A DNA stretch of 64,000 bases from Candidatus Hydrogenedentota bacterium (GCA_963674865.2 CAXXYE010000010.1:70732-134731), one strand, 5' to 3'; numbered from the stretch's first letter, positions 27,772 to 38,548 are shown. Program-made: numbers and translations. Notes: generated by a model from the sequence alone, not told the origin.

Positions 27772-27984
27772 ATGAAACGAATTGACAACAGACATCCTGG
27801 CTTATTGGAAGCCTCCTCGGTGCCGAGGGACGGCTCAAAGGGGCCGCTTGCCGGAGCATATCCCGATGTGTCTCTGGCTCCGGAGCTTCGTCTCCTGATC
27901 CGGCAGCAGAACCTGCAGCTGTTTATGGAATGGGTACAGAAGTACGGTTCGTGGCGCGATTTCCTGCGTGCACACACTGCGTAG
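27772..27984 (+). CDS. Small hypothetical protein (70 aa)
   Basis: GAGGTG SD and ATG; no recognised motif. Confidence 0.35.
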   Translation: MKRIDNRHPGLLEASSVPRDGSKGPLAGAYPDVSLAPELRLLIRQQNLQLFMEWVQKYGSWRDFLRAHTA

Positions 27985-28149
27985 TGGTTCTGGAAGCGCG
28001 CGGCATGAAACCGGAAGCATAAGAGCGGTATCCTGCCGTCACGGACCTCGCTGCCGGGCCATATTGGGAAGCGTAGCCTCCCATAGGACGAGGGCGCGAC
28101 GCGAACTCAACCGGCTCCGAGCCGACTTCTCACTATCAGGCGCCGTGCC

Positions 28150-28446
28150 TCAGGCTATCTGCCGCCGCATAGCTTCAAGGGCCTTAAGAATGCGATCCTC
28201 GTCGAGAGGCCCGACCTCCATGGCCGTTATCGGTAGTTGGAGATCTTCGACAAGGGTCTTGATCTCGGATGCCTCCTCACGCCATCGATCCAGATGGAGG
28301 TGTTCGCCGAGGGGATCGCCAAAGGCGCCTTTTCCTTGCAGAGCCGAGATCTCTACTGCATCGTATCCGGCCCATTTCAAGTATTGCATGGCCGTGGGGA
28401 GGTTCTCCCCGCCAAGTACCACCGTGTTTGCACCAATTCTAATCAT
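28150..28446 (-). pseudogene. N-terminal fragment of a sugar-phosphate isomerase/epimerase (xylose-isomerase-like TIM barrel)
   Basis: GAGGAG SD; MIRIGANTV...AMQYLKWAGYDAVEIS; stops after about 98 aa, far shorter than is typical for the family. Confidence 0.6.
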
Positions 28447-29126
28447 GACGTCTCCTCTACCGGCGTTCACAAGGCCGCTCAGGGCGCGGCGCTACAGCCA
28501 CTCGGTTCACGCCCTCTCAATTGAGCCGCCGGATCATCTGCCACGCGGCCGCGCTCGGAACCGGCCTCGTGTTTTCGGATCTGCGGCCCCGACAGATTAG
28601 TCTGTCGACAACGCGAATACACTAAGGGCCAATGGCTTGGGCGCGGCCCCATAGTGTGCCCGGCCCTGGGCGTGCGTTGCGGTTGATATCGGACACCCAG
28701 CTCAGGATAGTGACACTTCTTGAGTTGAGGGTTCAAACGTGGGAATTGTATCGTGTATCTGCGCTCAATAATGCCGGGAGCGGATGCGGAAGCGTCGAAG
28801 TGCACCGGCTTCAGGTTGGACGCGTTATTGACGCCGGATGTCGCGTTCGAGAAGTACTCACCTCGCCGGGAGCACGGCACATGGCAGGGCGGTGACAGCA
28901 TGAGTACCTGGGAGCGTTCATTCGTGCTTGGATCCTTTTAGGCGCTGTCCGGTTGTCCAACGTCTCTGGCCCCATGAAAAGGGTGTCCGCATGTCCTTTG
29001 AGAAATCCTCCTTGCGGCTTTTCGCGCGTACGTGTTTAGGCTGGCCACTTCCACGTGATACAGTAAGGATGTAGTGTGCATAATCCGGAGGTTGTTTGGA
29101 GCCTGTGCCAGAGGCATTCGGACAAC

Positions 29127-30410
29127 ATGGATACCTCAAACCAAATGATCGAGCTAGAGCGTCCGCCCATCATTGAAACATCGGTCCTGGTGCGTCTGAT
29201 CCTCCCGGGGGAAGCCCCCGGGGCGGTGGAAGAGTCTCTTGAGGAGATGCGCCAGTTGGCTTGGACAGCGGGCGCGAATGTGGCGCGCACCGTTACACAG
29301 CAGCGGCAGAAGCCATGTCCGGCGACGCTTGTGGGCGCCGGAAAGGCTGCGCAGATGGCGGCTATCTGCGAGGAGGTGAGTGCTGACCTCGTTCTCTTCG
29401 ATTCCGACCTGACACCGACACAAGGCGTGAAGCTCGAACAGGCTCTCGGAGTCAAAGTTGTCGACCGAACTCAGCTAATCTTGGACATATTCGCTCAGCA
29501 TGCCCACACGAATGAAGGCAAACACCAGGTTGAGTTGGCCCAGCTTCAGTATCTGTTGCCGCGCCTGGCCGGACGCGGGGCGGTGATGCGCCAGCAAGGC
29601 GGCATCGGCGTGCGCGGGCCCGGTGAGCAGAAGCTGGAGGTCGATCGGCGGCTTATCCGCAGACGAATCCAGCGGCTGGAGCGGGAACTCGAAGCGATTC
29701 GCAGAAAGCGGCGTGTCCGCCGGGGCCGTCGGGCGGATGGCGCGCCGTGCACCGTGGCGCTGGTAGGCTATACGAACGCGGGGAAGTCGTCCTTACTCAA
29801 CGCACTATGCGACGCCGATGTGCTGGTTGAGGACAAGCTCTTCGCCACCCTGGATCCGCGGGCACGGCGGCGGCGCCTGCCCAGCGGGCGCGAGGTCGTG
29901 CTCGCCGATACGGTTGGTTTTATCCAGAGGCTGCCCCACCAATTGGTGGCGGCTTTCCGGGCGACGCTCGAGGAGATCACCGAGGCCCAGGTTATTCTGC
30001 TGGTAGCGGATGCTGCCCACAGTGCGGTCGAAGAGCATATCGAGGCCGTCTACGGCGTGTTGAGGGAGATTGAGGCGACGGAGACGCCGATTATCCGCGT
30101 CCTGAATAAGATCGATATTGCCTTGTCCGGCCGACTTACTGCCTTGGCGGGATCTCAACACGGGCGATGCGTGGCGGTTTCGGCGCGGACGGGCGCGGGG
30201 CTGGACGGCCTTCTATCCGCGCTCGATGAGGAACTCGCGGCGGGATTGCGCCGGGTGACTCTGCGTATTCCACAGAGCCGCGCGGGATTGCTGACACATG
30301 TTCGTGATGGGGGCCGCGTGTTGGCCCAGCGATATGAGGACAACGCTATCCTCGTAGATGCTGAGCTAGACGCCGCCACGGCGGGCCGGATGGCGGAGTA
30401 CTTCACATGA
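29127..30410 (+). CDS. hflX: GTPase HflX
   Basis: DRTQLILDIFA, QVELAQLQYLLPRL, RGPGEQKLE, G1 GYTNAGKS, LFATLD, DTVGF, NKID; start could be 29145. Confidence 0.95.
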   Translation: MDTSNQMIELERPPIIETSVLVRLILPGEAPGAVEESLEEMRQLAWTAGANVARTVTQQRQKPCPATLVGAGKAAQMAAICEEVSADLVLFDSDLTPTQGVKLEQALGVKVVDRTQLILDIFAQHAHTNEGKHQVELAQLQYLLPRLAGRGAVMRQQGGIGVRGPGEQKLEVDRRLIRRRIQRLERELEAIRRKRRVRRGRRADGAPCTVALVGYTNAGKSSLLNALCDADVLVEDKLFATLDPRARRRRLPSGREVVLADTVGFIQRLPHQLVAAFRATLEEITEAQVILLVADAAHSAVEEHIEAVYGVLREIEATETPIIRVLNKIDIALSGRLTALAGSQHGRCVAVSARTGAGLDGLLSALDEELAAGLRRVTLRIPQSRAGLLTHVRDGGRVLAQRYEDNAILVDAELDAATAGRMAEYFT

Positions 30411-30862
30411 GTGTTGAGAGTATTCGTGTGCGCGTTGCGGCGATTATTGTGCGTGATGATTCGATTCTGCTGGTGCGGCACCAGCGCGACGACAAGACGT
30501 ATTGGCTGCTGCCGGGGGGCGGGATCGAATACGGCGAATCAGCCGGGGATGCCCTCGTGCGCGAGTTGATGGAAGAGGCGAGCGTCACCATCCGGATTAA
30601 GGATCTTGTGTATGTGAACGATAGCGTTCCCCCGGATAGGCACCGGCATGTCCTCAATCTGTGTTTCACGGCGGAGATCATTGACGGTGAGGTCAGGCCA
30701 CAGCCTGAGGGGCGGCTGGTCGACGTTGCCTTTGTTCCGATTGCGCAGCTTGGCGAACTGACGTTTTTCCCTGATATCCGGGATGCGCTTCTGCCGGCGC
30801 TTGCGTCCGGCTTCCCCGAGGGCCGGGCCACCTATCTGGGCAATCGCTGGGAAGATATCTAG
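30407..30862 (+). CDS. Nudix hydrolase
   Basis: Nudix box GGGIEYGESAGDALVRELMEEA. Confidence 0.9.
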   Translation: MSVESIRVRVAAIIVRDDSILLVRHQRDDKTYWLLPGGGIEYGESAGDALVRELMEEASVTIRIKDLVYVNDSVPPDRHRHVLNLCFTAEIIDGEVRPQPEGRLVDVAFVPIAQLGELTFFPDIRDALLPALASGFPEGRATYLGNRWEDI

Positions 30863-31143
30863 CCTGCCGACAACTACTTGCGAGCTATTCGGACTGAGCG
30901 CCGGCACCGGACAGAATCTCTCTCCGCTCATTCACAAACGAGCGAATTGTGAAGCCCCGCGCGTTTTCTTGGGATTCCCCGTGTGCTACCATCTAGCTTG
31001 GAGCGGGTTGAGCACAGCGCGTGCGGCCCGCATTTCAGCGAAAGGCGGGGCCCAAGCGTCTTGGATATTGACACAGAAAGACTTACACGCGCTATGCGGC
31101 GACGGCCCGGCCGGGCCGCGCCTCCGGCCCGAGCAGGTGGTTT

Positions 31144-32583
31144 GTGATGCGCGTAGCGTTCCTGAATCCGACCTTCGGCAAGGACTTCACAAAATCAGCT
31201 CGTTGGTTCGCGCGATCCAGAGGGCGGGTGCAACGTCATCCCGATTACCTGTGTACCGCCGCAGCCGTGCTTGAGGGGGCGGGGCATGATGTGTTCCTTC
31301 TCGATGCGCAGGCCCGGAATCTCACGACGGATGCGGTCATTCCACAACTCAGCGTTTTCCAGCCCGACCTCATTGTATATCAGTGCTCGACGCCCTCGAT
31401 AACCTCCGACATCGCCGCGGCGGCGGCCTGCAAGGATGCGCTGGGAGAGGCTATTCACGTGGCCGTCGGCGCACACGTCAGCGCCGAGCCGGAAGACTCG
31501 CTGAAGCGCGGCGGGGGGGCGCTCGATGCCGTCGCCATGGGCGAATACGATTACACGCTGCGTGACCTGGCGGATGGGACGTCTTTGCGTGACTGTCCTG
31601 GCTTGGCTTGGCTGGATGGTGAACGCTTCGTGTGCAATGCGCGGCGGCCATTCATTGAAGACCTTGACGTTCTCCCTTTTCCTGCCTGGCGACACATCGA
31701 CATTCATGATTACCGGGACGCGGGCAAGTTATTCCCCTTCCTGACGCTCATCTCGGGGCGAGGATGCTTCGGCAGATGCACGTTCTGCCTGCTTCCGCAA
31801 GTGATGAACGGTGGTCGCTACCGCAAACGCAGTGTGGAGAACGTGCTGGACGAGATTGAGTACGACCGCCGGCTTTTCCCGAATCTCAAGGAGATCATGT
31901 TTGAGGACGACACCTTGGCGATGGCGGCCACGCGGGGACGGCTAGTCGACCTCTGCGAGGAGTTACTGCGCCGCGGCCAGGGAATCTCCTGGGGCGCGAA
32001 TGCACGGGTGGACTTGAACGACCTTGAGACGCTGCGGCTCATGAAGCGCTCGGGATGCCGGATGCTCTGCGTCGGATTCGAGTTCGGGGATCAGGATGTC
32101 CTGAACGCCGTCGGCAAAGGCACCACCATCGACCAAATGCATACGTTCGCGGAGAACGCAAGCAAGGCGGGCATTCGCGTGCACGGATGCTTCATGATCG
32201 GCGGGCCGGGAGAAACTGTCGAAACGGCTCGCAAGACTATCGCATTGGCGCGGAAGCTGAAAATCGATACGGCGCAGTTCAGCGGGGTGGTGGCGTATCC
32301 GGGGACGGCGTATTATGACTGGGCGAAGGCGGAGGGCCACCTCGTACCAACCAGCTGGCGCGATTGGGTTGACGCCGAATTCGAGCAGTGCACTACGGTG
32401 AGCTTTCCGCAATTGCCGGGCGAGGCCATCAACCGGCTCATTGATGAAGGACTTCGAGGTTTCTATCTTCGTCCATCGCAGGCCTGGCGGATGTTATGCA
32501 ATATCCGCAGCACGGCGGACATTCGCGCAAAGCTGCACGGCCTCCGAAGCTTCGTCGGATATTTTGGCGGAAGAAAGGGATAG
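31144..32583 (+). CDS. B12-binding radical SAM protein (HpnJ/BchE-like)
   Basis: N-terminal cobalamin-binding-like domain; GRGCFGRCTFC; FEDDT; GFEFGDQ. Confidence 0.85.
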   Translation: MMRVAFLNPTFGKDFTKSARWFARSRGRVQRHPDYLCTAAAVLEGAGHDVFLLDAQARNLTTDAVIPQLSVFQPDLIVYQCSTPSITSDIAAAAACKDALGEAIHVAVGAHVSAEPEDSLKRGGGALDAVAMGEYDYTLRDLADGTSLRDCPGLAWLDGERFVCNARRPFIEDLDVLPFPAWRHIDIHDYRDAGKLFPFLTLISGRGCFGRCTFCLLPQVMNGGRYRKRSVENVLDEIEYDRRLFPNLKEIMFEDDTLAMAATRGRLVDLCEELLRRGQGISWGANARVDLNDLETLRLMKRSGCRMLCVGFEFGDQDVLNAVGKGTTIDQMHTFAENASKAGIRVHGCFMIGGPGETVETARKTIALARKLKIDTAQFSGVVAYPGTAYYDWAKAEGHLVPTSWRDWVDAEFEQCTTVSFPQLPGEAINRLIDEGLRGFYLRPSQAWRMLCNIRSTADIRAKLHGLRSFVGYFGGRKG

Positions 32584-32605
32584 GCGCTCTTGTGAAGGTG
32601 CAGTC

Positions 32606-33655
32606 ATGAGTGGGCAGAACGGCGCGTTTGGTTTTCTGGAGAACCGGATTCTGACGCATTATCCGGCGGCCCGGATGATTCTGGAGGGCCGCATGCCCGC
32701 GCCACGCACGGCCATCGTGTATCCGACGTACGTCTGCAACCAGAACTGCGTCTGGTGCGAGTACAGTGCGGACAACGCCAAGTACGGCATGATGATGGCC
32801 GAGGAGGACCTTCGGAAGCTCATTAGCGACCTACGGGAACTGGGAGTAAGAGGAGTCGAGTTCTGCGGGGGAGGCGAGCCGAGCCTCCATCCGGCGCTGC
32901 CGGCCTTGATCCGCGAGATGAAGGCAGCCGGCATGAGTGCCGGGCTTCTTACCAACGGCACGCGGCTCACGGGCGACCTCGCCACGGCGTTGGTGGATTG
33001 CGCGAGCTACGTACGGATTGGCTTCGACGGCGCGAACGCGGAAACCATGCACCGTGTGAAGCGCCCGCGTTCACCGGAAGCGTCCTTCGATGCTGTCTGC
33101 GCCAATGTGCGGCATGTGCTTGCTCTGCGTCGCGAGCGCGGGGGCCATGTGCTGATCAGCATGAAGGTGCTTCTCAATGCGGATAACTACACGGAGGTGG
33201 AGGATTGCGTGAAGCTTGCGGCCGCGATGGGAGTTGACTCGGTGCAGTTCAAAGCGGCTCGGCTGTGTGAAAGTGAGTTGAGCAATGAGCAGGCGGCGGC
33301 CGCGCGCCAAGCAATTGAGACATGCCGCGGGAAGTACCTGCCGCTTCGGGTCGTTGGCGGCGTGGACAAGCTCAATATGACGCGCCAGTGCTGGTTGACG
33401 CCGCTCCAGATCATGGTGGACGCCCTGGGCGACGTCTTTCTTTGCTGCTACTACAGGCACAGGAAGGACACGCACCGGTTCGGCAACGTGCTCGAACAGC
33501 CGCTACAGGAGATCTGGTACAGTGAGCGCCATTGGGAGGCCATCAGGAGCATCAAACCGGAGGAATGCAACCTGTTGGACTGCCGCTTCGTTCATTACAA
33601 CCGCGTTATGCGGGAGCTTCTGGTAGAAAATGACGCGCAATTCGAGTTCATTTGA
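32606..33655 (+). CDS. Radical SAM protein with a SPASM/twitch domain
   Basis: CNQNCVWC, GGGEP, C-terminal C...GDVFLCC...C...C. Confidence 0.85.
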   Translation: MSGQNGAFGFLENRILTHYPAARMILEGRMPAPRTAIVYPTYVCNQNCVWCEYSADNAKYGMMMAEEDLRKLISDLRELGVRGVEFCGGGEPSLHPALPALIREMKAAGMSAGLLTNGTRLTGDLATALVDCASYVRIGFDGANAETMHRVKRPRSPEASFDAVCANVRHVLALRRERGGHVLISMKVLLNADNYTEVEDCVKLAAAMGVDSVQFKAARLCESELSNEQAAAARQAIETCRGKYLPLRVVGGVDKLNMTRQCWLTPLQIMVDALGDVFLCCYYRHRKDTHRFGNVLEQPLQEIWYSERHWEAIRSIKPEECNLLDCRFVHYNRVMRELLVENDAQFEFI

Positions 33656-33701
33656 GATCCGTCCGCAGCACTTGCGCTGTGTCTCTTGGGGAGTTTCTTA
33701 G

Positions 33702-34724
33702 GTGAAAGAGCCCGGCCCGGACGATTCCGCCCCATCCTCGCCTTCTCTGACGACAGGCAAGTTTCGCAAACGGTACCTGTGGGTCATGGGACTAGCGCTC
33801 TACGTGGGGGTGGTGTGGTACATCGGATGGCAGGGCATTCACGAAGCCATCGCCGGACTGGAACTCAGGTATTTGCTGCTTCTAATGGTGTTCGAGGCAG
33901 GCGCCATCGGACTTCGCATTCTCAAGTGGCGGATCGCGCTGGGGCGAGATCGCAATATTGCTTCCCTGTTTCTCTTGTCCAAGGCGGCGGGGGGATGGTC
34001 GCCCAGCCGATTGGGGGAACTGTCGCCATTGCTGATCCGCCAGTACCGAACACCACGAATCGCGGCGTGGCTGGTGTTGGATCGGCTTCTCGAGATTGCG
34101 GCAACGCTTGGGCTGGGCGTCGTCGGGGTGGTCAGTCTTGTGGGACTCCCCGTGCAGCGTCGATACGCTATGGCTGCTACCGCACTTGTGGCGATGGTAG
34201 TCCTGTTTGTGGGGCCGCTCTACCTGCTGACGCGTCGGCGCCTATTCCTTGATCTGGCAAGGCGGTTTGCAGAGCCGTCGCTGGCCCACCGCGCCGGCGG
34301 AATGATGGCGGCCGTGGGCGAGGAAATCCTCGGATTCCGAAAATTGGCGCCGGCCATTTCCGTGTTGACGGTTCTAGCCACAGCGGCCGATGTTGCGAAG
34401 GCTGTAATGCTGTATCGCTCGCTGGGTTACTGGGTGCCGTTTGCACTGTTGGCTACGGTTCAGTGCGCACACGGGATCGTGTCCGCCATCCCCTTCACGC
34501 CGAATGCTACGGGGGTGCCATACTTCGTGGCTGCGGGGATCGTACACCAACTTGGCGGTGTTCCAGTTGAGGTAGTGACCGTGGCCGTGGGAGTGTTTTT
34601 CGTGTCTCTGAACCTGGTGTTTTGGACATTGGTGGGGCTCACGGGAGCATTGCGTCTGCGCAGCCAAGTGGAGGAGCCCATGGTGCACGCAGAGGGCGAC
34701 AGGGAACGGCGTGAGGAAAGGTGA
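33702..34724 (+). CDS. Lysylphosphatidylglycerol-synthase-TM / flippase-like membrane protein
   Basis: About eight TMs with PSRLGE, LDRLLE and PFTPNATGV motifs. Confidence 0.75.
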   Translation: MKEPGPDDSAPSSPSLTTGKFRKRYLWVMGLALYVGVVWYIGWQGIHEAIAGLELRYLLLLMVFEAGAIGLRILKWRIALGRDRNIASLFLLSKAAGGWSPSRLGELSPLLIRQYRTPRIAAWLVLDRLLEIAATLGLGVVGVVSLVGLPVQRRYAMAATALVAMVVLFVGPLYLLTRRRLFLDLARRFAEPSLAHRAGGMMAAVGEEILGFRKLAPAISVLTVLATAADVAKAVMLYRSLGYWVPFALLATVQCAHGIVSAIPFTPNATGVPYFVAAGIVHQLGGVPVEVVTVAVGVFFVSLNLVFWTLVGLTGALRLRSQVEEPMVHAEGDRERREER

Positions 34725-35059
34725 GCATGGGGGCCAAGTTCGCCGCCTACGTCAGGCACGCGCGGATACTACTGGGGACAATCCGCTTCTTTCATCGCCG
34801 CGTGATGGAACGGCACGCCAAATCATGATATCAGGAGTCTCATCCCTATGGCTCTCGCCTGGGGCTTCGGGCAGAGCACCTCACGCTCTTCTCGGCCCCT
34901 TGTCAGTCATCATCAAGTCCGTTTCCAATAGACGAAGAAGAATGAATGCTTATGAGCTATTCGGGGAAGTGCCCAGTCTATGGGCGCTCTGGAAAGAGAA
35001 CGGCCGCGCCGCCTCAAGATGGGCGACGCGGCCGAGGATCGTCTTAGGCTGTGCTGGGT

Positions 35060-36850
35060 CTAGAGCGATTCGTATTGCCGCTGGAGGTTCGACTTGGGCT
35101 CGCGCAGCGCCTGCTTCTCCTTGATAAGAGCGAGTTTCTGCTCGTAGCCTTCGACTCGGGCACTCTTGATGGCTTCTTCGACTTGGCCTCGTGAGGGCGA
35201 AACACCGGCCTCTACGAATTCGTAGCTCGGGGCGCCGGCGGCTTCCGTGTTGGCAAAGACGCCGACGTTCTTGCCGTCAATCGTGCGATAGTAAACGCTC
35301 CAATTGCCATTCATGAGGCATTCGGCCCATTTCATCTCAACCGAACCGAAGCGATCCGATACGGGGATCCTGGCAAAGAAGTACTCGTGGGAAGCGCTGA
35401 TGGCCAATTCGTCCTGATAGAGGGATGTGTACTCGCCCAGGAGTTCCGGGGAAACCCAATTGGCGGCGCTGGCTTTCGTCTGAAGGGCTTCCACCCGAGC
35501 CAAGCGCTCTTCTCGTGCATACTTCTCAGGCGTTAGGGGGATACCTTCCTTGACCATGATCGCCAAGCGCTGGAGATCATGTTGCAGCGTTTCCTTGCTG
35601 GCCATGCGGCGGGCGTCCGCTTCTTCGAGGCCGCCGACGAGACCCGTCAGGCGTTCTACTTCCGCCTGGAGGCCCTGCTGCCTGGCGCGCACGATGGTGA
35701 GTTCATCCTGCAATGCCTCAAGCTGCTCCTGAACGTCAATATACTGCTCCGTAATGAGCCTGACGTCTTCTTCGATGGAGTCGCGTGCGGTTTCTGCTTC
35801 CTTGACCTTGGCAAGGGCGTCACGTTCCCGCGCACTGAGTTGCTCGATCTGTCCGGTGAGTTGCTCTTTCTGATCGATAAGCTTCTGGATTTCGTCGCGG
35901 CTGAGGGCCGGTTTGCCGTCGGCTGGAATATTGGCGCGTATGCGATCAAGTTCGCCTTTCAGCTTCGTGACCTCGTTGTTCGCCATCTCGATCTTGTTTT
36001 GTGCCGGGCTTGGGATGAATGCCACACGGTCGGCGACCCAAGGGCCGGCAAATACGCCCACGGCGATGCTGATGAGTACGAGCAAAATACTCACCAATAT
36101 CCCCACGCCGCCTCCCTTTGCCGCCTTAGCTTTGCGCTTCTTCTTCGGTGCGGGCTTCTCGGGAGTCTTGTCCGGAACACCGGTATCCGGCGAAAAGTCG
36201 GGAATGGGAGTACCGGCATCAAAACCTTGGTCGGAAGCGGTAGGCCCGAATGCACCATCATCGAAAGCGGGCGTGTCCGGCTGTGCGCCGGCGAGTTCGG
36301 ACGGCGTGTCGCCAAACATCGGCGTTTCCATCGCCTGCGTAGGCGCAGGGGTTTCGACGTCGCTGGCGAAGCCGCCTTCGGCAGGCCCAAACGCGCTGTC
36401 GAACAACGGCGTCTCGACGTCCGAATCAGGGCCCGGGCCTATCTCGGGGGTTTCGGGAGAGAAGTCGCTGTCGGCGGCGAGATCCTGGAAGCCGGTTGCC
36501 TCTCCGGGCTCGGGCGTGTCGAGGCCGCTGTCCATCGGGGAGGCCGCAAAAGGATCTGAGTGCGCTGTCTCGTCACCTTCCTCCTTGTCTTCAAAGCCGG
36601 GAGGCGGTGGTTTGATGTTTCCGCCTGTAGGCGCGGGAGTCTCGATGTTGATGTCATCGATAGGAGGAAGCCCGCCGGAATCGATTTGATCATCGATGCC
36701 ACCAGCCTCGGAATCAAAGTCGCTGAGAGGCGGCAGATTTCCTAGTCCGCTGTCATCGGCGCCATCGGCATCCGAGTCAAACTTAAAGCTATCGTCCTCT
36801 TCTGGAAGTTCCTGATCCTTGCGGGAGGTATCATCCGCCATTTTTGACAC
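35060..36850 (-). CDS. Hypothetical single-TM protein with an acidic Pro-rich N-terminus and long coiled coil
   Basis: About 230 aa of D/E/P-rich sequence, then a KKKRK patch, TM, heptad region and globular C-terminus. Confidence 0.75.
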   Translation of the reverse strand: MSKMADDTSRKDQELPEEDDSFKFDSDADGADDSGLGNLPPLSDFDSEAGGIDDQIDSGGLPPIDDINIETPAPTGGNIKPPPPGFEDKEEGDETAHSDPFAASPMDSGLDTPEPGEATGFQDLAADSDFSPETPEIGPGPDSDVETPLFDSAFGPAEGGFASDVETPAPTQAMETPMFGDTPSELAGAQPDTPAFDDGAFGPTASDQGFDAGTPIPDFSPDTGVPDKTPEKPAPKKKRKAKAAKGGGVGILVSILLVLISIAVGVFAGPWVADRVAFIPSPAQNKIEMANNEVTKLKGELDRIRANIPADGKPALSRDEIQKLIDQKEQLTGQIEQLSARERDALAKVKEAETARDSIEEDVRLITEQYIDVQEQLEALQDELTIVRARQQGLQAEVERLTGLVGGLEEADARRMASKETLQHDLQRLAIMVKEGIPLTPEKYAREERLARVEALQTKASAANWVSPELLGEYTSLYQDELAISASHEYFFARIPVSDRFGSVEMKWAECLMNGNWSVYYRTIDGKNVGVFANTEAAGAPSYEFVEAGVSPSRGQVEEAIKSARVEGYEQKLALIKEKQALREPKSNLQRQYESL

Positions 36851-36948
36851 GCCTCCATCCCTAAGGGACTTTGTAACTACCCTCTTGTGGCCTCTTTAAA
36901 AGATTCTAGCACCCCCCAAAAGTGCTGTCAAGAGAATCCCGGGGGCAC

Positions 36949-38179
36949 CTAAGTGATCCCCAGTTTTGCGATAGGTGCATGAATAAGGGCCAAACACGAG
37001 TTTCCGACCTGTATACTGGCGAAAGTCGACCAAAACCGTCGTCAGCAGGAGGATTTTTCATGTTTGGCCCGAGCAAGATTATGAAGTGGTTCGACCGGAA
37101 TCTGCAAGAGGTGCGACGGTCGCGACGCAAGACGCTGGCCCATATCGCGGCAGGAGCCATGAAGATGAAAGGGGTCGGCGTGTTGGCGTTGGGACGCGCC
37201 ATGGATGGCCCGGCACTCGCAAAGCACCGTATTAAAAGGGTGGATCGCTTCTTAGGCAATGAGCAGGTGGAAGCCTTCGCCATTGCCAAGGCGTTGTTCA
37301 ACATCCTGCGAGGCCAAGACCGACGGCCCTTGGTCCTGGTCGATTGGACGGATCGCGGTGCCTTCGAACAACTGGTTCTCTCCATTCCCCAAGACGGCCG
37401 CTCTATGCCGTTCCACGCCATCTCCATCGATTCGACCAAATTCGGGACGGAAAGTGAAGGGGCTCTCATCCAAGCTGAACGAGAGATTCTGCGAGACCTG
37501 CACGCCATGTGTCCGCCCGGCGTGACTCCGATTATCGTGGCCGACCGGGGCTTCGGAAACGAGCGCTGGATACGCGATGTCACAAACTGGGGATGGTGCT
37601 TTGTGCAGCGTCTGTCCAAGAATCATTGGGTCGAAACCGAGCACCACATCGGCACCCTCCCCGAACTGGGGATACGGCGAGGCTATCGCCCCAAAGACTG
37701 GGGCTGGGGCACGATGGGAGAAAAGGACGCCGACAACAAGACGCCCTTTCGGCTGGTCACCGTCTTCGGTTGGGAGGCCGACGAGCCGTGGTATCTCATT
37801 ACAAACATTGAAGATCGCGAGGCCCGGGCCATCACATCCATCTACGCGAAGCGCTGGTGGACTGAAATGATGTTTCGAGATCTGAAGAACCGCAAATGGG
37901 GGCTCGGCATGGACGAAGTGAAACTCACCTCCCGCCAGCGCACCGCTGTGCACTTCATCATCGTCATGCTTGCCTTCATTCTTCTGTGCGCCTTCGGCGC
38001 CTTCGCCGAAACCAAAGACTTCGGCGAACAACTCAAAGCAAACACCGCCGAGAACAGAGCCCTCTCCCTCGCCGCCACAGGAAACCACTTCATCGAATTC
38101 ATCGGACGAACCACCGTTGCTATGGCCATCGCTAGATTGGTCTACGCACCTACATAGAACCAAACTGGGGAGTACTCAG
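36949..38179 (+). mobile_element. IS4-like insertion sequence, copy 1 (1231 bp)
   Basis: Imperfect terminal IRs CTAAGTGATCCCCAGTTTTG / CTGAGTACTCCCCAGTTTGG; 9-bp TSD CGGGGGCAC (36940-36948, 38180-38188). Confidence 0.92.
37060..38157 (+). CDS. IS4-like DDE transposase
   Basis: VDWTD, VADRGF, WYLITN, YAKRWWTEMMFRDLK (YREK); AGGAGG SD before ATG 37060. Confidence 0.92.
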   Translation: MFGPSKIMKWFDRNLQEVRRSRRKTLAHIAAGAMKMKGVGVLALGRAMDGPALAKHRIKRVDRFLGNEQVEAFAIAKALFNILRGQDRRPLVLVDWTDRGAFEQLVLSIPQDGRSMPFHAISIDSTKFGTESEGALIQAEREILRDLHAMCPPGVTPIIVADRGFGNERWIRDVTNWGWCFVQRLSKNHWVETEHHIGTLPELGIRRGYRPKDWGWGTMGEKDADNKTPFRLVTVFGWEADEPWYLITNIEDREARAITSIYAKRWWTEMMFRDLKNRKWGLGMDEVKLTSRQRTAVHFIIVMLAFILLCAFGAFAETKDFGEQLKANTAENRALSLAATGNHFIEFIGRTTVAMAIARLVYAPT

Positions 38180-38548
38180 CGGGGGCACAACACACCCATT
38201 GCGCCCGGTAACAACGGCATCCGTCCGGTGTGGACGCGGCTTCTCGAGAGGTCCGGCCGTTCTTCAATGCCTGAGGGACAAATGCGAGAGATAATCCATT
38301 ACGGAATCTAGGTTTCCGTGAGTGTCGAGAGATGCCTCGGGAGTAAGTGTCCTCAGGGCAGCTTCCTCGGCGTTTCTTCCTTAGCGTCTCGCTGCACCCT
38401 GATGAGCAGTCACGTGGCCGCATGCTAGAACGCAACCTAGCGGTTGATTGTGCAAAGTGCTAATTTTGCAGCCTGCCGACTACGTTCTGTCTGAGAAACC
38501 GGGCCCAGCGACATCTTCAACCTTGCCTCAGGCGATGGGCACCGTCCT

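Noticed and set aside
30882..34964. 11-bp direct repeat GAGCTATTCGG flanking the radical SAM cluster as att sites
   Set aside because: Matches of this length are expected by chance in 64 kb, and there is no integrase
38451..38470. TGCAAA-N8-TTTGCA palindrome as an operator
   Set aside because: Single short instance downstream of convergent genes with no linked promoter or regulator
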